Positions 50,897-63,658 of a stretch of DNA of 64,000 bases are shown piece by piece; position 1 is the stretch's first letter, and the number at the start of each line of letters is the position of its first letter. Position numbers and translations under genes: made by a program. The notes below the pieces were generated by a model, which saw only the letters and a program-made list of their open reading frames with translations, did not search any database and was not told the origin of the DNA. Where the stretch lies: NCBI RefSeq assembly GCF_006345805.1, contig NC_043013.1, forward strand, positions 7,378,001 to 7,442,000, in the 5' to 3' direction. Origin of the DNA: Octopus sinensis. Its lineage: Eukaryota.

Positions 50897-51339
50897 AGCT
50901 TGTAATTTGGATGAAAACAGTTACAACTGGATTAAGTTTATGGGGTGATAGTTTTGGTACAGAATGAAGTATAGGAAGAAATTGAGTAGCTAAATATGAA
51001 CAGTATGAGGCAACACCTATGAGGAGAAAGAGGAGGGGATAGGGAACATAAGAAGACAACAGGGAGTTTATAAGGAATTATGACAATCTGCTGCAAGAAC
51101 AGAGCCTAGATAAAACAAGGTTTAAGCATGTTACGGGTTAACATAATGTTGGACAGGTACAGCATGTTTGATTGAGTTTGTATATGTGTACAAGAAAAGA
51201 ATGGAGGAGGAGTAGCAGGGAGTTGGTTCAATATAAATATGCACGTGGGATAGATGCCAAAATTCAAGAGTATGCAAAAAATTGTCTGCTCTAATTCCAA
51301 GGAGTTACAGAATAGTTAAACCTGGCTGGGAGGGCAAGT

Positions 51340-51542
51340 AACTCTTTACTCTTTTACTTGTTTCAGTCATTTGACTGTGACCATGCTGGAGCACCACCTT
51401 TAGTCAAGCAAATCAACACCAGGACTTATTCTTTGTAAGCCTAGTACTTATTCTATCGGTCTCTTTTGCCGAACCACTAAGTTATGGGGGGTGCAAACAC
51501 ACTGGCATCGGTTGTCAAACGATGTTGGGGGGACAAACACAG

Positions 51543-51577
<35 letters not shown>

Positions 51578-51741
51578 CGACGGGCTTCTTTCAGTTTCCG
51601 TCTACCAAATCCACTCACAAGGCTTTGGTCGGTCCGAGGCTATAGTAGAAGACACTTGCCCAATGTGCCACGCAGTGGGACTGAACCCGGAACCATGTGG
51701 TTGGTAAGCAAGCTACTTACCATACAGCCACTCCTACGCCT
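51340..51741 (-). mobile_element. Full-length SINE family 1
   Basis: Family 1 sequence. Confidence 0.9.
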
Positions 51742-52004
51742 ACTCTGAATAAAAACTGATAAAGAGCAGAGGGGATATTTGAGCAGGATATGGCCAGACA
51801 AAAATGCTAAAGAGCTAATGATACATATGAAGGCAAAGGAAACAGTAGGGCCATTGAGAATAGTTGCTGAGCTGCCAGAAGTGTCTGGAATTGTAAGACG
51901 TATGTTAATCATTTGGTTGTGGTTATTTAGCCTCAGGTCAACTCTGATTGAAGAACAAGCTGATTATCAGAGGAATTCCATCTATGACCTTCCTGTCAGT
52001 TTAA

Positions 52005-52224
52005 CCCTTCAGCATTTAAACCAGCCATATCTGGGCCAAATATTTTACTGCTTTTATGTGCAAACTGGCCAGATCCAGCCTCTTGCACTTGTTCTACAAT
52101 GTTATTCTAAAAACAAACAAATAACAACATCAACATTTTGAAGCCATAAGATAATGCATGATTAATTCAAAAGAATGTGATTAACCAAGCATTATTTTGA
52201 CAGAATAATCTGAATGCTAAAGGG
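52005..52224. mobile_element. piggyBac-type MITE (second family)
   Basis: TTAA|CCCTTCAGCATT ... AATGCTAAAGGG|TTAA. Other copies at 62285-62505 and, degenerate, near 19640-20137, 27550, 35690 and 38620. Confidence 0.82.
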
Positions 52225-52390
52225 TTAAAGAATAACAGACTTGAAGGGAAAAAAAAAAAGTACTAAGGTTGATTTGTTCAATTAAAACCGTTTTAAGATG
52301 GTGCTCCAGCATGGTCGTAGTCCAATGACTGAAACAAGTGAAGGTTAAAAGGAAAAGATAATATGATGCAGTTTAATCTGTGATACTTAC

Positions 52391-52553
52391 ATATAACTTT
52401 AGAACAAAATTCACAACAGTTACATTCACTTTTCTGACAACTTGCTACCGTCAAGCACTTGGAACAATCCACAGGTTTATGACATGTAAAGCTAAAACCA
52501 ACTACAAAAGTAACCAATGCAGTAAGGACTGCAATGATTAGTATGTTCTGCAT
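52391..52553 (-). CDS. Gene B exon E1: signal peptide and Cys-rich IGFBP-N-like half domain (paralog of gene A, ~120 aa)
   Basis: ATG at 52553; encodes MQNILIIAVLTALVTFVVGFSFTCHKPVDCSKCLTVASCQKSECNCCEFCSKVI with the same 8-Cys pattern, 163-nt length and phase-1 gtaagtat donor as gene A E1. The upstream acceptor cttttaattttgtttcagttt is identical to gene A. Confidence 0.88.
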
Positions 52554-53700
52554 GTTAAATGTTACTGTGTGCACACTGAAACTTACTCAATGTCTGTGAA
52601 TTAAAAAAAAAAAAAAAAATTAAAATAATTGCAAATATATAATTCCTGCTTGATTAGGATTTCAACAAATATGCAAAAACTGAAACAAAATTAAAAGACA
52701 CAGGAGGTGTGTGTGTGTGTGTGTGTGTGTGCATACAAGCTTGGCATGTGGTTAAGAAGTTTGCTTTGGAACATGTTTAGAGTTTCAATCCCACTGCACG
52801 GACACTGTCAGTTGTGGTCTTCTACTATAGCTGCATGTTGGCCAATATCTTGCAAGTGAAATTGATACATGGAAACTGGAAGAAACCCTTCATCTGAGTA
52901 TATATATATATATATATATATACATACATATGCATAAAAAGCACCCAGTACACTCTGTAAAGTGGCTGGCATTAGGAAAGGCATCCAGCTGAAGAAGCCA
53001 TGTCAAAATAGACAACAATTGGAGACTGGTGCAGCTCCCCAGCTTGCTAGCTCCTGTCAGACCATCCAACCCATGCCAGCATGGAAAACAGATATTAAAT
53101 GATGATGATTTTTATATAATTATATATATATAAGCAATGTGCCTTCATATATATGTGTGGGTGTGTGTGTGTGAAGGCGTGTGGCTTAGTGGTTAGGGGC
53201 ATTCGGCTCATGATCGTAAGGTCGTGAGTTCGATAGCCAGCAGCGCGTTGTGTCCTTGAGTAAGACACTATTTCATGTTGCTCCAGTCCACGCAGCTTGC
53301 AAAAATGAGTAGTACCTGTATTTCAAAGGGTCAGCCTTGTCACACTGAATCTCCCCAAGAACTACGTTAAGGGTACAAGTGTCTGTGGAGTGCTCAGCCA
53401 CTTACATGTTAATTTCACGAGCAAGCTGTTCCATTGATCGTAACAGCTGGGACCATCATCATCGCAACCGACGGAGTGCTCTCTCTCTCTCTCTCTCTCT
53501 CTTTATATATATATATATATATATAAAACCAAAGGTAGAACAGAAAGAACACAACAAACGGAAACCATCAAAGTACAACATGCAGGGAAAAAAGGGCAAT
53601 AGCACAACGGCAAACAAGACAAAATAAGATACACAGACCCCAGTCGAAATGTCCAACCCATGCTAGCATGGAAAACAGATGTTAAACGATGATGATGATG

Positions 53701-53742
<42 letters not shown>

Positions 53743-54829
53743 GCTAAATTGAGTTCCCTAATTTGTACATAAGCGATTGGTATTATAGACCTTTCACCAA
53801 GAATGAAAATCAGTGCCCCAAATCCCCAAACTCATGGAAAATACCAACAGCATCATCACAACAAATACTTTTGTCTAAGAACAGAAACATAAAACAATGG
53901 GCGTAACTTCAGATGTCTGCCCCACTAGCCCTGTGGACTTTGTTCCATCAGAACATTCTGAAAAATAAATATTTCTTAATAAAATTATCACCATGTGTTT
54001 CAGAAAGTGAAGATTTCAATTATATTGGAATTTGATGCAAAAATATAACTGAATGAGTTTGGGGTAGGACACATAATTCACACACCTCATCAAAATGTAT
54101 TAGGAAATAAAGATGAAGTGTGTCACTTGCCTGACCACCACCCCTATTATATTTTTCACGCCAAATTCCAACTCAGTCATATACTGCACTGTCTGAAGCA
54201 TATTAAAAATATCAATTTTTGAGAAAATTACAAGGAAACAGATCAAGATGTGTGTATTATCCAAAACTCCTCTCCACTCCTCTGAAAAAAACTTTTCTCA
54301 ATAAATTCCAATATATCCCTAATATATACCTGCTGCAATGTATCTCCAGAAATATGCATGTTTCATAAAGTTATGAAGAAACAAAGTTTGTGGAGGCAAA
54401 TGTAGTTACACCAGGGTAAGGGTAAAGATCTCCTTTGGTCATGAATGACCATGGAATTGCCCCGTTGCACATGCATACCATCCTCCCCTCTCCATGCCAC
54501 TGGTGTTATCCAGCAGCTTGGCACCAGTGATGTCGCAACTCATTTCTACAGCCGAGTGAACTGGAGCAACGTGAAATAAAGTATCTTACTCAAGAACACA
54601 ACACACAGCCCGGTCTAGGAACTGAACTCACTATCTAATGATTGTGAATCCAATGCTCTAACCATTGAGCTATGCGCCTTCACAGTTACACCAAATAATG
54701 CAATAATGCAACAGTTCAAATAGTTGTATACAGTCGTAGATGATAAAGGATGAAAAGCAGAAATCCTTGCAAAAGCAACAGACAATTATTGTACTAGCCA
54801 AATTCAAGCCAATATGGAAGGACAGAAGC

Positions 54830-55025
54830 ATCACCGTGAAGAACCTGATCAGACTCCTACACGGGTTCATACTCTCCATCTTCCTGGATACATCTGTTGC
54901 ATAGGTCTATCATGAGTAGCCCTTACAACTCCTGGTCCACAGCCAACTTGATGGTGTATGCTCCGAGGAGGGACTGGTCGGCTAACCCTTTACATCCAAC
55001 TTCGATGACATCATACCTTGCTTGG
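54830..55025 (-). mobile_element. Possible R2/Hero-like LINE 3' relic
   Basis: YDVIEVGCKGLADQSL resembles the IEVGCRGF motif of restriction-like endonuclease LINEs. Confidence 0.4.
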
Positions 55026-55232
55026 CACCCAAAAATATAACTGCGGGTTTTTCAAACCGATATTCTACAATATTCGTTTTATTAACGTTATTGATTTCTG
55101 ACTTACAAAAGACGGTAAGGGTGTAAACAAATGATAGAATCGGTTAAATTAAACCATAGCTCATTGCTGGTACTTAACTGGTCGCCTTTAGCAGGATATA
55201 ATGCGAAATCAAACACTGAAATTTGAAACCAA

Positions 55233-55466
55233 GGGCGGCGAGCTGGCAGAAACGTTAGCACGCCGGGCGAAATGCTGAGCCGTATTTTTGTCTGCCATTA
55301 CGTTCTGAGTTCAAATTCCGCCGAGGTCGACTTTGCCTTTCATCCTTTTGGGGTCGATTAAGTAAGTCCCAGTTACGCACTGGGGTCGATATAATCGACT
55401 TAATCCGTCTGTCTGTCCTTGTTTGTCTCCTCTGTGTTTAGCCCCTTGTGGGTAGTAAAGAAATAG
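55233..55466 (+). mobile_element. Full-length SINE family 2
   Basis: GGCGGCGAGCTGGCAGAAACG head through GTAAAGAAATAG tail; further copies at 55716-55890, 59484-59688 and 59737-59968. Confidence 0.9.
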
Positions 55467-56624
55467 AAATTTGAAGACCGGAAATAAATATTTCCAGGTT
55501 TTTAGTTACGGACGCTCTACATTAATTTGAACATTTCTGATTCCGCCGTTGTTGATTTAATTTAAAAAGTTGACGAACTTAAATAAGTATGACAATTATT
55601 TCTACGGTTAATTAACCGTAAGTCTTCTTGGATGAGGTGGATCTGATACAAAGCGGCAGAGTGAGGAGCAGAAAAGTATAGCTTTTAATCCATTATAGTT
55701 GCTGACATGTATTTAGTCTGCCGTTACGTTCTGGGTTCAAATTCCGCCGAGGTCGACTTTGCCTTTCATCCTTTCGGGGTCGATAAATTAAGTACCTGTT
55801 ACGCACTGAGGTCGATGTAATCGACTTAATCCGTCTGTCTGTCCTTGTTTGTCTCCTCTATGTTTAGCCCCTTGTGGATAGTAAAGAAATATATATTTGC
55901 TGACATGTACTTAAGAAATAATAGGGTGGACAAACATTGAATCTTGATGTTAAGCTACGTCGCTATAATTCCATGAAATAAATATAAAGAGGGGTATGTA
56001 AATAGATACAGGTATGAGTATGCGCTATTATAAAGATAAAAGAAATGACGAAAAAAATAAATAAAATATACAGATAGTTAGAAACGGAAATATGCAACAA
56101 TATGTATACGTATTTATGCGTGCCTGTGCGTGTATTTTCCCAGTTTCACACTAAAGGGATGAATTTTCCAAGAAATCTTTTCAGAAATAAGAATTTTGAA
56201 ATTATGATAAGAACGTATACAAAAGAGAAAAATTCCACTCACGACGAAATAAACCTTGTTTGTATACAAACATTAGTAGCGACGCGTGTCTAATGAAACG
56301 CCTTTAGTTTCTCCGGCGTTAATGAGAGCAGAATTATCGCAACAATCTATTAGAACATTTTAATTAGAATTTTCAAAAAGTGGCAAATTGTGTAAAAAAA
56401 ATAGTCCCAAATGAAAATTTTATAAGTAAATCTGGATCTAGTTAATTTCATTCGCAAAATAATTTTGTTCAGATTGCTTTCAAATTTGGTGTATCTGAAT
56501 TTTAATAACGATCAACCAATTACTTTATCTCGTAAATTAAAGAGTCTGATATTGTTAGGAAAGTAAAGTTGGGAAATTTGGGTTAATTTTAGCAAATCAA
56601 CAGACAGCGTAGCATTAGAAGCTT

Positions 56625-56638
56625 GTTACCATGACAAC
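56625..56638. promoter_or_regulatory. RFX X-box-like motif GTTACCATGACAAC
   Basis: Fits the GTHNYY-AT-RRNAAC consensus; lies in unique sequence upstream of gene B. Confidence 0.35.
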
Positions 56639-56689
56639 CGCTGTGTTTGTCTTTCACTTTACCAGTGCCTGTGCCGTACGTTGTTAAAA

Positions 56690-57090
56690 AAAATAATAAT
56701 GAAATTATTGCATACAGTGCTCAGGTGAACCACAACTTGTCAAAAGTGCGTATAAAGCATATGTACAAATGTCTGGAAAGTGAACAGTGTATGAGTCAGA
56801 TACATGCTTGCGTGTGTATGGAGGGGAGAAAATCAGGTGTAGTGTTGGCGAATCTCAGAAAGCATGGAAGTTTTTAAGGATGCAGTGCTCTGACAACTAA
56901 CAACTGATGCCAGCAGTTTGTTCCATGCTTCAGCAACTCTTAGCGTGAAAAAATGTTTCCGAAAGTCATGGGAGCTGTGCTGTTTTCTGACTTTGTAAAC
57001 ATGTCCATGGGTGTTAGACAGGTGAAGTTTGAAAAGGTGCTCAGAGTTATTGTTTGTAAGATGGTTGATAATTTTATGGGTGTCTGTGTT
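56690..57090 (-). mobile_element. CR1/L2-group LINE 3' relic
   Basis: HGHVYKVRKQ...RKHFFTLRVAEAWNKL..SVV is the typical C-terminus of CR1-group ORF2. Confidence 0.8.
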
Positions 57091-57433
57091 GATATCGTGG
57101 AACAGAGAAACTGTGAGTAATACAGATAATTTCACATTATTTTTGAATTCTGCATGCAAAAACATATGAGTTACAAGTATTCTTTTCCTTGGGACAAATT
57201 CTTTGTTGACCAGTGTTATTCTTATCATAGTTTACAAATCCAAGCATAAAAACGTTACTCAACTTTGGTGTTCACATACACTTATATATTAATGATGTAC
57301 ACACAAATACATGACAGGTATACATAATACTGAAATATGCATAAAGTAAAGACATGCAGACAAATGTATTAATATAACAAATTTGTTAAAAATAATAAAA
57401 GCATACAATCAATGAAGAGACAAAAGGAACAGT

Positions 57434-57957
57434 TGTAGTGGATCTAGCATGCATGAAGTGGATTCAATCAACCGTAGCCAAATTTAAATTAACACTGCAA
57501 CAGAACTTTTCCCACGGTGGAACAATGGTTTTTCTCTTACATTTTCCAGGTGCCTTTAGCTAGACTGAAATAATGTCTTCACCACTTGACCCTTTCTAAC
57601 CTCTTCTACTTCGCCAAAAGCTAGAATAGAGACAACAAGACCACCAACTAAATCTATTGTTCTCAATGATATGTCTATCCTTCTGGATAGTTATAAAAGC
57701 AAGAACCCCCAAGCAAATACCAAGTAGTTACTTGGCGACAAGACTCAATTAGTTAGTTAGGGAACAGACTGCTAGTTTCTAATGATTGATCATGTGACTG
57801 GTCAAGTGACATTAAAATACTTGGTTGAGTCAGGCATTTGGATTGGTGTAGATTTATCCTGGATACGGATCTCGTATCCAATTGCATTTCACAATAGAGC
57901 AGCAAAATCGGCAAATTCTAAATGCTAGCCGGACTCTTTTTTGTTTTTGCTTATAAA
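57434..57957 (+). mobile_element. Solo-LTR-like element, homologous to 13785-14241
   Basis: Begins TGTAGTGG; aligns to the reverse complement of 13785-14241. Confidence 0.55.
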
Positions 57958-58329
57958 TAGTGTTGCAAAATCATTATGAGTAATGTGAGAGAGAGAAGGA
58001 CAGGAAAGAGGTTATTTCCAGGAAGCTATGTCACACTTTTGTTCCTGTTGAAGTACATGTAACCAAGTTTGACTGAAATGAAATGCCAACTATGTGGGAT
58101 TTTCTACAGACACCATTCTTCGTAATGTATTAATCTGCTTTGCTGTATAACTCTATTTATGTGTTGCTGTTAACTGAAAGCTTGTTTCTGCTATTATTTC
58201 TACCATTTTATTTGCAGCTCATAAGATGCAAGGGTTTGTAATAAGATGGCCAGAGACGCCCTCCATCCAGCTAAAAGACACTCAGAAAGTATACAGAAGC
58301 CATTAGGTAGAAGAGATGAAACAAGAATA

Positions 58330-58733
58330 GGCGCAGGAGTGGCTGTGTGGTAAGTAGCTTGCTGACCAACCACATGGTTCCGGGTTCAGTCCCACTGCGT
58401 GGCATCTTGGGCAAGTGTCTTCTGCTATAGCCCCAGGCCGACCAATGCCTTGTGAGTGGGTTTGGTAGACGGAAACTGAAAGAAGCCTGTCGTATATATG
58501 TATATATATATATATATGTGTGTATGTGTGTGTGTGTTTGTCCCCCTAGCATTGCTTGACAACCGATGCTGGTGTGTTTACGTCCCCGTCACTTAGCGGT
58601 TCGGCAAAAGAGACCGATAGAATAAGTACTGGGCTTACAAAGAATAAGTCCCGGGGTCGATTTGCTCGACTAAAGGCGGTGCTCCAGCATGGCCACAGTC
58701 AAATGACTGAAACAAGTAAAAGAGTAAAGAGTA
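58330..58733 (+). mobile_element. Full-length SINE family 1
   Basis: Nearly identical to 12657-13046. Confidence 0.92.
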
Positions 58734-60256
58734 AGAATCTGAAAATACTCCATGTTCATCATGTGTGGTCATACTCATCTTTGGCAACAAATCAGGTGAG
58801 CAGTAAACTGGGCTGGTCAGTGGTTCCTTATCCACAGCCAGAATTTTGCAGCCCTCTGACTTCTACCTGTGTGTTTCAATGAAAAACAGTCTTTGAGGAC
58901 AGCAATTTAATTACACAAACAAGGTGCAAGTTGCTGTGAAGAAGCTGGTACAGCACTGCACACCTGAATTTTTTAAAAGAGGATTCAAATAGTTCTCCAT
59001 AACGATGGCAGAAATAATGACAGATGAGCTAATAGGATTCTGAGAGACCAAACTGAATGTATACTGCAGGAGAACAGGTGAAAAAAATCTTTCAAATTTG
59101 GAACAAGTCTGTTAAAGGTTTAGCAAATTTGGAACAAGTCTGTTTAAAGGTTTTGCTATGTTAATATAAAGTTCTAAGGTCACCAGTGTGGCAGTTTGTC
59201 GATACCACAAGGAATTTGTTGATACTTCTAGGAAGTGACTTTTGAAGAGTTATACAGCAGCAAATTTCTTGCAGCTATCAAATGTAATAGCAGTTAATAT
59301 TGTAAAATACACACACAAAGCTTATAGTAACATCATTCTGTTGGGTAATAATGGTTATCAGTAGTGTAAGAATATATTCAAATAATCCCTAAGCACCTGT
59401 TCCAGTGACACATAAAAGTCACCTGTGCTGGTGATATGTAAAAGGCACTCACTACACTCTTGGAGTGGTTGGCATTAAGAAGGGCACGCCGGGCGAAATG
59501 CGTAGGCGTATTTCGTCTGTCGTTACGTTGTGAGTTCAAATTCCGCCAAGGTCAACTTTGCCTTTCATCCTTTCGGAGTCGATAAATTAAGTACCAGTTA
59601 CGCACTGGGGACGATGTAATCAACTTAATCCGTTTGTCTGTCTTTGTCTTCTCTGAGTTTAGCCCCTTGTGGGTAATAAAGAAATAGGCATTAAGAAGGG
59701 CATCCAGCCATAGAAACCTTGCCAAATCACAGTAAAGGCAGTGAGCTGGCAGAAATGTTAGCACGCTGGGCGAAATGCTTAGTGGTATTTCGTCTGCTGT
59801 TACGTTCTGGGTTCAAATCCCACCCAGGTCAACTTTGCCTTTCATCCTTTTGAGATCAATAAATTAAGTATCAGTTATGCACTGGGGTCGATGTAATTGA
59901 CTTAATTCCTTTGTCTATCCTTGTTTGTCCCCTCTATGTTTAGCCCCTTGTGGGCAATAAAGAAATAAGAAACCATGCCAAATCAGACTGGAACCTGGTG
60001 CAGCTCTCTAGTTTACCAGTTCCAGTCCAATCTGGATGCTAAATGATGATAATGATGATGATGATGATGATGATGAGGATAATGATGATATAACAGTAGT
60101 GAGAAATATATTAAAATACTCACAACACGTGTCGAGAAATATGTTCACAAGTGTAGTTATTATCCGAGAAACATCATTTCATTCTGATGTCAGTGGCTAT
60201 AATTTTATATGCCAACTATGAACAGGCGTCAAGGTTCATTGAACAGTGACAGTGAC

Positions 60257-60278
60257 CTACAAATATATGATTCTCCTT
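60257..60278 (-). CDS. Gene C probable terminal coding segment (exon homologous to gene A's 3'UTR exon)
   Basis: Strong acceptor tttttccttcttattcccag|A; the upstream intron resembles that before 33640. A phase-2 join gives (G)RRIIYL*. Confidence 0.45.
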
Positions 60279-60568
60279 CTGGGAATAAGAAGGAAAAAAA
60301 GAAGAGGTAATAAGAAAGCAATAATAATCATTATATGAATTAACAGTTGAAATTTTAATGTAAATAAAATTAGATGAAAACTGAAAGAAACCTGCAGGAA
60401 TGGCTGTGGTTAAGAAGTATGGCTTGCAACCACATGGTTTCAGGTTCAATTCCTCTGTGTCCTCTACTATAGCTCTGGACCTCCCAATGCTTTGTGTGTG
60501 AATTTGGTAGATGAGAACTGTGTGGAAGTTCATTGTGGATACACGCATACAAGTACATACAACACACA

Positions 60569-60613
<45 letters not shown>

Positions 60614-60679
60614 CTTTGTGTTTGTCTCCCAGCCAGTGCTTGAAAAATGGTGTTGGTTTGTTTATGTCTCAATAGAGAG

Positions 60680-61188
60680 AATGAATGGGAGAAAGAGAGT
60701 CTGCCAAATGTCAACCCAACAGAGGGACCAGATATCCGAATTGACAGTACCAACAAGACTTGCATCAGCTGGTCACTTTCCCATGGAAATACCACCAAGT
60801 GATAAGAAAAAGAACCCTACAAGACAGTGTGCAAAATGCGCAGAGAAGATTCGAAGAGAAAGCAGATACATGTGTGATGTCTGCAAGACATTCAAAATAA
60901 ACTGTCTATCTCATTTAAAAAAAATTTTCCTTTGATTTAAAAGCAATACATCTTATAAAAAATCGAAGATAGTTAAATTATATGTATTTTTTCAATGTCC
61001 GAGTTAACTCGCTTAAATCCAAATTAGTAAAAGTACATTTTAATTTCTATAATGAAAATAAAGGAAATAAGATAAAAAAACTTTTTTTTTTGTAATTAAC
61101 ACAGTGTATATAATTAAAAAAGGAAATAAAAAAATATGCTCTGAAATGAAACACCATGTCAAACTAATTGATCCATGAAGGGGTTAAT
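60680..61188 (+). mobile_element. piggyBac transposase C-terminal relic with right end
   Basis: GHFPMEIPPSDKKKNPTRQCAKCAEKIRRESRYMCDVC is a piggyBac-type Cys-rich C-terminal domain; the element ends GGG|TTAA at ~61188. Confidence 0.8.
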
Positions 61189-62028
61189 ATAGCTTATTTC
61201 TCCTTTTTCAAGATCAGCGAAGGTTTATCGCTGAAAAAAGCATAAAGTATTTTGCGAGTGGGGTGAGTTTCCATCACTAGCTGGTGATTATCATACGCTG
61301 AGGATCGGTAACCACCCAGAAACTGAAGTTTGTGTGTATCATGTAAGTCTAGGGATGGGTGCAATGACCTCCCCTCGCAAATACTAATCGGACATAGAAT
61401 GTATGTCGTTAGCGAGTTGGAAGTGATGTCTTCCTGGGGCTATAAACATCAGCAGCACTGTCCCATATAGGATGCCACATTTGGTCGGCAATTATATGTT
61501 ATGATATATAAATATACATATACATATTTGTATACAAGTGTGTGTGTGTGTGTGTGTACCTCCTTGTCTTCGCATTATGCCATAAAAAGCACCCACTACA
61601 CTCTCAGAGTGGTTGGTTGGCATTAGGAAGGGCATCCAGCTCTAGAAACATTGGCAGATCAGACTGGAGCCTGGTGCAGCCGCTGGCTTTCCAGACCTCA
61701 GTCAAACCATCCAACCCATGCCAGCATGGAAAGCGGACATTAAACGATGATGATGATGATGATGATGATGACAAGTGGTGTTGTTCAATTCTAATCTTCA
61801 TGAGGAACATGTCCAGCACCATCAAGAATCAGAAAATATTACCTCACCTGGGAACTAGAGAGAGTTTGGGAAAATGGGCAGAAAAAGAGAGAGAGAGGAT
61901 TGTCTGCCTGCCTGCCAGTCTGTCTGTTTGTCTAAAAGCAGACAAAATACTGCTAAGCATTTTGCCAGGTGTGTGGATGATTCTGTCAGGTAAGTCACAA
62001 ATATTGCATAGATTCAAGGTAAACGTAC

Positions 62029-62116
62029 CCAGTATTTCTGTATAAGGAAGCAAGAGGATTGTAAGTGGGTTGTCTTGATGGAAAATAGTATCCAAATCTA
62101 TTGGGCCAATAATAAC
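62029..62116 (-). CDS. Gene C exon homologous to E3 (third paralog; first exon probably beyond the window)
   Basis: tattttcag|GT ... GG|gtacgt; phase 1 to 2, 88 nt. Encodes YYWPNRFGYYFPSRQPTYNPLASLYRNT(G), sharing F...FP....TY.P with gene B. The flanking introns closely match gene A E3 flanks. Confidence 0.75.
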
Positions 62117-62284
62117 CTGAAAATATATAAACAATAAAATTTAATTAATGTATAATTCAAATGGAAAATAGTTATAAATTACAAAAATTTGTAGGGGCAT
62201 GTTCGTGATGGTGGGGATCTGTGTAAGACAAGTCATTCTTGGTTGACTGACCATGGGTGTGTATGGAGTTGGTTAAACCTTTAA

Positions 62285-62505
62285 CCCTTTAGACTTCGCA
62301 TTATTCTGCCAAAATTAATGCTTCTTCATCCATATTGTTTTGAATGAATCATTCATTATCTTGTAGCTATGAGATTTTGATGAGGTAGCTCTTAATTTTT
62401 AAAACGATATTGTAGGGTTGGTGTGAGAGACCAGATCTGGCCAGTTTGAACATAAAACAGGCAGAATACTTTTGGCTGGATATGGCCGGTTTAAATGCTA
62501 AAGGG
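62285..62505. mobile_element. piggyBac-type MITE
   Basis: TTAA|CCCTTTAG ... CTAAAGGG|TTAA. Confidence 0.82.
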
Positions 62506-62510
62506 TTAAG

Positions 62511-62732
62511 TATGAAGGGGTGCTGAAATGTTCCTGGTTTTGAATAAAAGAAATTACAGGAGGACCAGTTAATTATGATTTTACTCAACATATTCCCCTC
62601 TCAAATTCACACACTTATTGCGGTGGTCCTTCAGTTTTTCTAAGCCCTGTATAAAAGAACTCGGAAGGTTGGACCTCAAACTAGTTCTTTTGCAATACCC
62701 TTAAAGCCAGGAACTTTTCAGCACCCTCTTGT
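62511..62732. mobile_element. mariner-type MITE
   Basis: Imperfect TIRs GGGTGCTGAAATGTTCCTGG and CCAGGAACTTTTCAGCACCC; a partial copy lies at 32320-32425. Confidence 0.7.
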
Positions 62733-63658
62733 GTGATGAACAGACCCAGTACTCAAAATGTCCTGCCCTGTACATAAAACCATACTGTTGGTGGTTATGC
62801 GTGACAGTCTGGGCATTTTATATTTTTCCATTGTCTAGAATATTCTTTTATGTCCTTCTGTATGTTTACATTTGGAATTCACTTTTTCCAAAACTTTTCT
62901 TTAATTGCATAGTGTAGCTAAGAGAGTTAAACATAATTCTTTTCACTGACCTGTCTGAACAGAAAGATGTTATAACTGATAGGTATTAATTGTCTTTCAC
63001 TATCAAACCCAGAAAATTTTAAAATGGGGTTAAAAAATAGTATTACGACACCCAACCACGTAGGGGCTCAAAGCATTTCATGATGAGGGCACTAGATCCA
63101 AGAGGAGATTTATGGACATATTCCACTCATTTCTGCTATTATTGCTCAAAGCAAGGTGAGCTTCACTGACCATTGTTGTTGTGATCTAGCTGTATGATGC
63201 AAGACTATGATGTGAGACTATGGCCTCTGTCCCTCTGGACGAACTACTTACATATCAGCATCATCCAGGTCCTGCACTAATGCATTTTTTTACCCAGTCC
63301 TTTCTTCTTCAGAATATCAACCAACTGGAATATCCCTACATATACATTTTATCTTTTACTTGTTTCAGTCATTTAACAGTGGTCATGCAGGGACACTGCT
63401 TTGAAGGGTTTTAGTTGAACAAATCGACCTCCAAGATTTAGTTTTTTTTAACCTTTGGTTGGTCCAAGGCTACAGTAGAAAATACTTGCCCAAGGTGCCA
63501 CACAGTGTGATTGAACCCAGAACCAGGAAGTTGAGAAGCAATCTTTTTACCACACAGCTACACCTACGCCTATGGAAATATCTATTCATTAAACTGCTTG
63601 ACTTTAGTTTCTAACCATCTCACATCTACTGGATTGGAAACTCACTCTCAGATCATAC

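Noticed and set aside
55603-55620. 18-bp perfect palindrome TACGGTTAATTAACCGTA
   Set aside because: Isolated, AT-centred and without a counterpart near gene A; no further support.
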